A stretch of 54,569 nt of DNA, counting the filler, from Circinaria calcarea (taxonomy: Eukaryota): assembly GCA_051942165.1 (NCBI GenBank). It is 2 parts of 2 records of this genome, joined end to end, with 100 filler letters (N's around TTAATTAATTAA, not from the genome) between each part and the next. Parts side by side here need not be neighbours in the genome. Positions count along the whole stretch, not along the records: positions 27,380 to 54,569 come from JAVECS010000069.1; 1 more part is not named here. One strand, 5' to 3'. Under the pieces are notes generated by a model. It worked only from the letters and a program-made list of their open reading frames with translations, was not told where the DNA came from and did no database searches. Shown here one piece after another: positions 51,327 through 54,569 of this stretch. Position numbers and translations under genes: made by a program. Every line of letters begins with the position of its first letter. The stretch's first letter is position 1.

Positions 51327-52349
51327 ATGTCGACATATCCCGTCAACGGCAAAACTGCTATAGTGACCGGAGCTGGCTCTGGTATTGGTCATGCATTGAC
51401 TAAGCTCCTCCTCTCAGCTGGATGCTCAGTCGTGCTCGCGGATCTCAAGCTCCGCCCCGAAGCGGAGCAGACGTTGGCGGAATATCACCGCCCCGCCTCC
51501 ACTCCCGGCTCGCCAAGCGCCATATTCCACCCCACCGACGTAGCGAACTGGACGCATCTAACGTCACTCTGGGAGATCGCCATCAAGTCGTGTGGCCGTG
51601 TCGACATCGTCGTCAGCGTAGCAGGAATATATGAGCCACCCTCGAGCAGCTTTTGGAAGCCTCCGGGAATCTCTGCCGAATCTCGTGATCCGGCTGATGC
51701 ATGCACTGGTCAATACAGCATGTTCGCAGTCAACCAGATTGCTCCGATCAGACTGGCGCAGATTGCTATGGATTACTGGACACAGCATCGAGACATCCCA
51801 GGTAATTACTTGGCGGTGGCGAGCATGGCAGCCTATCTTCACTCCGTCGAGACACCATTTTACATGGCGAGTAAAGCAGCGCTTATCAGCTTCGTGAAAT
51901 CGCTAGGTTCGGTTCGCGATCTGTTTGGCATACGAATGTCAGCCGTATGCCCTGGCCCAGTTCTTGTACGTCTCTCTCCAGTCGACATAGCCATCTTGCC
52001 TCTTATTACTCTCCGTTCACGCTCCTATTAAACTTTTCAACTGATTCAGCCTGACTAGACTCCCATTTTTGAGCCGGAATGGAACAAGAAGTTGACAGCA
52101 GATGATGTGTCTCTCACGCCAGAAGAGTGCGCAGCTGTGATTCTTCGAGTATTGGTCGAACCCCAATGGGGGAACGGCAGTATTGTGGAAACTCAGAAGA
52201 TAGGAGACAAGAAGGCGTCGAAAATCGTCGTGCGTGATGTGCAGATGGAACGATTGTATCCCACGAATTTCGTAAAGCCGAGTGAGCGCGTGATTCAGAG
52301 CAGGCAGAATCTTATAAGGCAGATTCAGGAATCTGGAATGAGAGGTTAG
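51327..52349 (+). CDS. Short-chain dehydrogenase/reductase (~309 aa, 2 exons)
   Basis: TGAGSGIG Rossmann motif, VAGI, catalytic S and YMASK, VCPGPVL|TP across intron 51966-52058. Confidence 0.93.
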
Positions 52350-52577
52350 CATCGAAGGCGTGATATACTTAGAGAGCTTGCGCTGGCATATTTGCGATTT
52401 TGCATCCAATTAATCTCTAATTATAGATTAATTTAGCTGTGCAAACGCAGAGGAATTTCTTATATAATTTAAAGTAGGATTTTCTTCAACTCATATTTCT
52501 GCCCGTGGAAATTAGGTAATTAAACTTGGTTTGATGTGGCAATTGCATTCAGATATAGCATTAGTAATACTCCTTTA

Positions 52578-54374
52578 TTATTGGTGTGAGACCTTCGAAT
52601 GGAAGGTATCCCACAGTTTTCTAACTTTCAACTCCGTATTGACTAAAAGCTTCCGGGCCCCACGATTCGAACCCACTCTTTGCTTTATGCGAATTAAAAT
52701 CTCCTGTAGTTGGCTGATGTGCAAAAGCAAAGCATGGTATATAAGCTGTAATCGTATTTCTGGACTATTAACCTTGTAACGACCAAAGAAAATGGTCCCC
52801 TCGAGTGAATCGGATGTACTCCGGGCTGGGTCGTCGTTGTTTGATGAGTCAAGGATAGACCCGCTAGTGTCAATCGCTCTCACATCTGATGATCGGGGCC
52901 CTTGAGTGCTGAATCTGCGATTCTGGCGCCAATGCGTGCATTCATGGCTTTCGTAGGGATGTTCGTGCGAAGGCAAACACGTGGTGACACTCGCTACCGT
53001 GGTACCGAGCTGTTCCGCAATTGTGGCAAGAAGCATACCATTTTCAGTGCATGCATTACATTGACCACAGGCAAGCACCTGCTCTGTCATGTTCATACCA
53101 CGAGCGAGTGAGCTGAGTATAATGTCAAGGCCTGCACTTGTATCCTGAGCGTCCGTACCGAGTCCTTGGACGCCCATGTTTTCCAGTACCTTCAACATCA
53201 TAGTTACGCACTGACACGTGCTTCCAGTATCAGAACTTCTAGGCGGCTCACCAGATGGGGCACTGGTGCTTCTGGAAAACGAAGGAAGTCCTGACGTCGA
53301 AGTTACCGAGGTCATATTCGGTGCGACGGAGGCAATGGCTGGTGAATTGTGCATCCGTGACGCATGAAGGTGACTCAGCCCAGATGCAGGCCATGAATGC
53401 TCCTCGGTCGGTACAGGCCGATCCATTATTGAAGCTAAGTCTATAACGGAGTCCCAAGGCTGGCTGCCTCTTTGTGAGCCCACTGTCTGATGCAGCTGCG
53501 CACTGGGCACTTCACGGGGGAAGCTCTTATCGCCTTGTTTAGACATCGTCAAGGACGAATGGCTCGAGTTATGCATCCTCGAGACCGCTATCGAGGCAGA
53601 GGAGACCAAGGACTGATCCGGTTGATGCAGAAATCGACCGCTCGGGTGGCTTGAGTCTAAGTTATACGAAACATCAGCTATGTCATTATCGACTTCTGTG
53701 TCGACATCCAAGCTTTGCGGAAGGCTCTTCTGAGTGAGTGAGGCACAGGAGCTAAAGGTCGGCGTACGGGGCATGTTATCACCGGCCGATGAATCTTGGC
53801 CAACATCCATCATGTGCTGAAAGTCGCCACTAGGAAACTCCCAGTATAAGTCCGGAGCCTCAGGTAGAGGTGATAACGCCCATGAAAGATCCACAGGGGT
53901 AAGAGGGGGGGCAGATGTCGTTTGAGTTTGCGGTCCTCCGCCCACGATATCCGTGTCTGGGGTTTTAGTGGACTGAATCTGATCTCTAGGTTGTTGACGT
54001 GACTGTGGCCTGATAATTTGCTCTATTTCACGATTGCTGTCTGGTGATGACATGGAGGTCGAATGAGCGAACGACTGTGTGGACTGCCTGCGACGCCTGT
54101 CTGTAGACTTGTCCGCATTCGATTGATAGATACAAGTTATAGATACAACGCGGCATCTTTGGCAGCCGTTCTCGTCACCATTACATTTTAGCTGTGTAAT
54201 ATAGGCTTGATTAGCGTTCAGTGTAAGCAGGCGGCTAGAAGTACTAACCTTTCGGATCCGGCATTCATTGCACGCAGTCCTGCTGTAGCCTCGAGCTTCA
54301 AACCCATCAGCCCTTTCCAGCTCAACGTGCTCAACATCTTTGGTGTCCGAGTTATATCGTAAAGTACCGAACAT
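52578..54374 (-). CDS. Zn(II)2Cys6 cluster-specific transcription factor (~579 aa, 2 exons)
   Basis: ACNECRIRK|LKCNGDENGCQRCRVVSITC after removing the in-frame 57-nt intron 54192-54248. C-terminal CQC...CGQCNAC resembles AflR-type regulators. Alternative start at 54446. Confidence 0.92.
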   Translation of the reverse strand: MFGTLRYNSDTKDVEHVELERADGFEARGYSRTACNECRIRKVSTSSRLLTLNANQAYITQLKCNGDENGCQRCRVVSITCIYQSNADKSTDRRRRQSTQSFAHSTSMSSPDSNREIEQIIRPQSRQQPRDQIQSTKTPDTDIVGGGPQTQTTSAPPLTPVDLSWALSPLPEAPDLYWEFPSGDFQHMMDVGQDSSAGDNMPRTPTFSSCASLTQKSLPQSLDVDTEVDNDIADVSYNLDSSHPSGRFLHQPDQSLVSSASIAVSRMHNSSHSSLTMSKQGDKSFPREVPSAQLHQTVGSQRGSQPWDSVIDLASIMDRPVPTEEHSWPASGLSHLHASRMHNSPAIASVAPNMTSVTSTSGLPSFSRSTSAPSGEPPRSSDTGSTCQCVTMMLKVLENMGVQGLGTDAQDTSAGLDIILSSLARGMNMTEQVLACGQCNACTENGMLLATIAEQLGTTVASVTTCLPSHEHPYESHECTHWRQNRRFSTQGPRSSDVRAIDTSGSILDSSNNDDPARSTSDSLEGTIFFGRYKVNSPEIRLQLIYHALLLHISQLQEILIRIKQRVGSNRGARKLLVNTELKVRKLWDTFHSKVSHQ

Positions 54375-54569
54375 TATTCCAAGAAGCAAGCGGCGTGATT
54401 TAGGTTTATTTGGAAAGGGAGAACGCACAAGATCATATCGGAACATATTGGGCGATGAACCGGAGGCCGCGGGATAATAAGAATAAAGCTTATATTTAGC
54501 TCACTCTAATAGATAAGAATAAGCCGGATTAGGGCTTACTGTTATGGCGCCACGTCATATCCTAATTAA

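Noticed and set aside
29170..54374. Identification as the depudecin, citreoviridin/aurovertin or solanapyrone cluster
   Set aside because: Gene content differs: an ABCB pump rather than an MFS transporter, two P450s, and no stand-alone O-methyltransferase. No name can be assigned without a search.

Overview
Fungal (filamentous ascomycete-type, intron-containing) DNA made of two probably unlinked contigs. They are joined by an artificial 100-bp spacer (44 N + TTAATTAATTAA + 44 N, 27280-27379). The left contig (1-27279) is repeat-rich accessory DNA. It holds a decayed array of promoter + histone-H4-tail-like gene heads (one split by a solo LTR with a 5-bp TSD) and an apparently intact 4-exon SNF2-family ATPase gene. 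It also holds RIP-like pseudogenes, a frameshifted RGG/RS-repeat gene, a second solo LTR, a degenerate LINE (RT + RNase H), a degenerate DD34E Tc1-like transposase with a convergent companion gene, and several minisatellites. The right contig (27380-54569) starts with the 3' end of fibrillarin (NOP1). This is followed by a compact, apparently intact secondary-metabolite cluster: highly reducing PKS (KS-AT-DH-cMT-ER-KR-ACP, two GC-AG introns), ABCB/MDR transporter, FAD monooxygenase fused to a multi-pass membrane domain, two P450s, an SDR and a Zn2Cys6 regulator. I cannot match the cluster to a characterised one from memory. All family calls are motif-based; no database searches were run.
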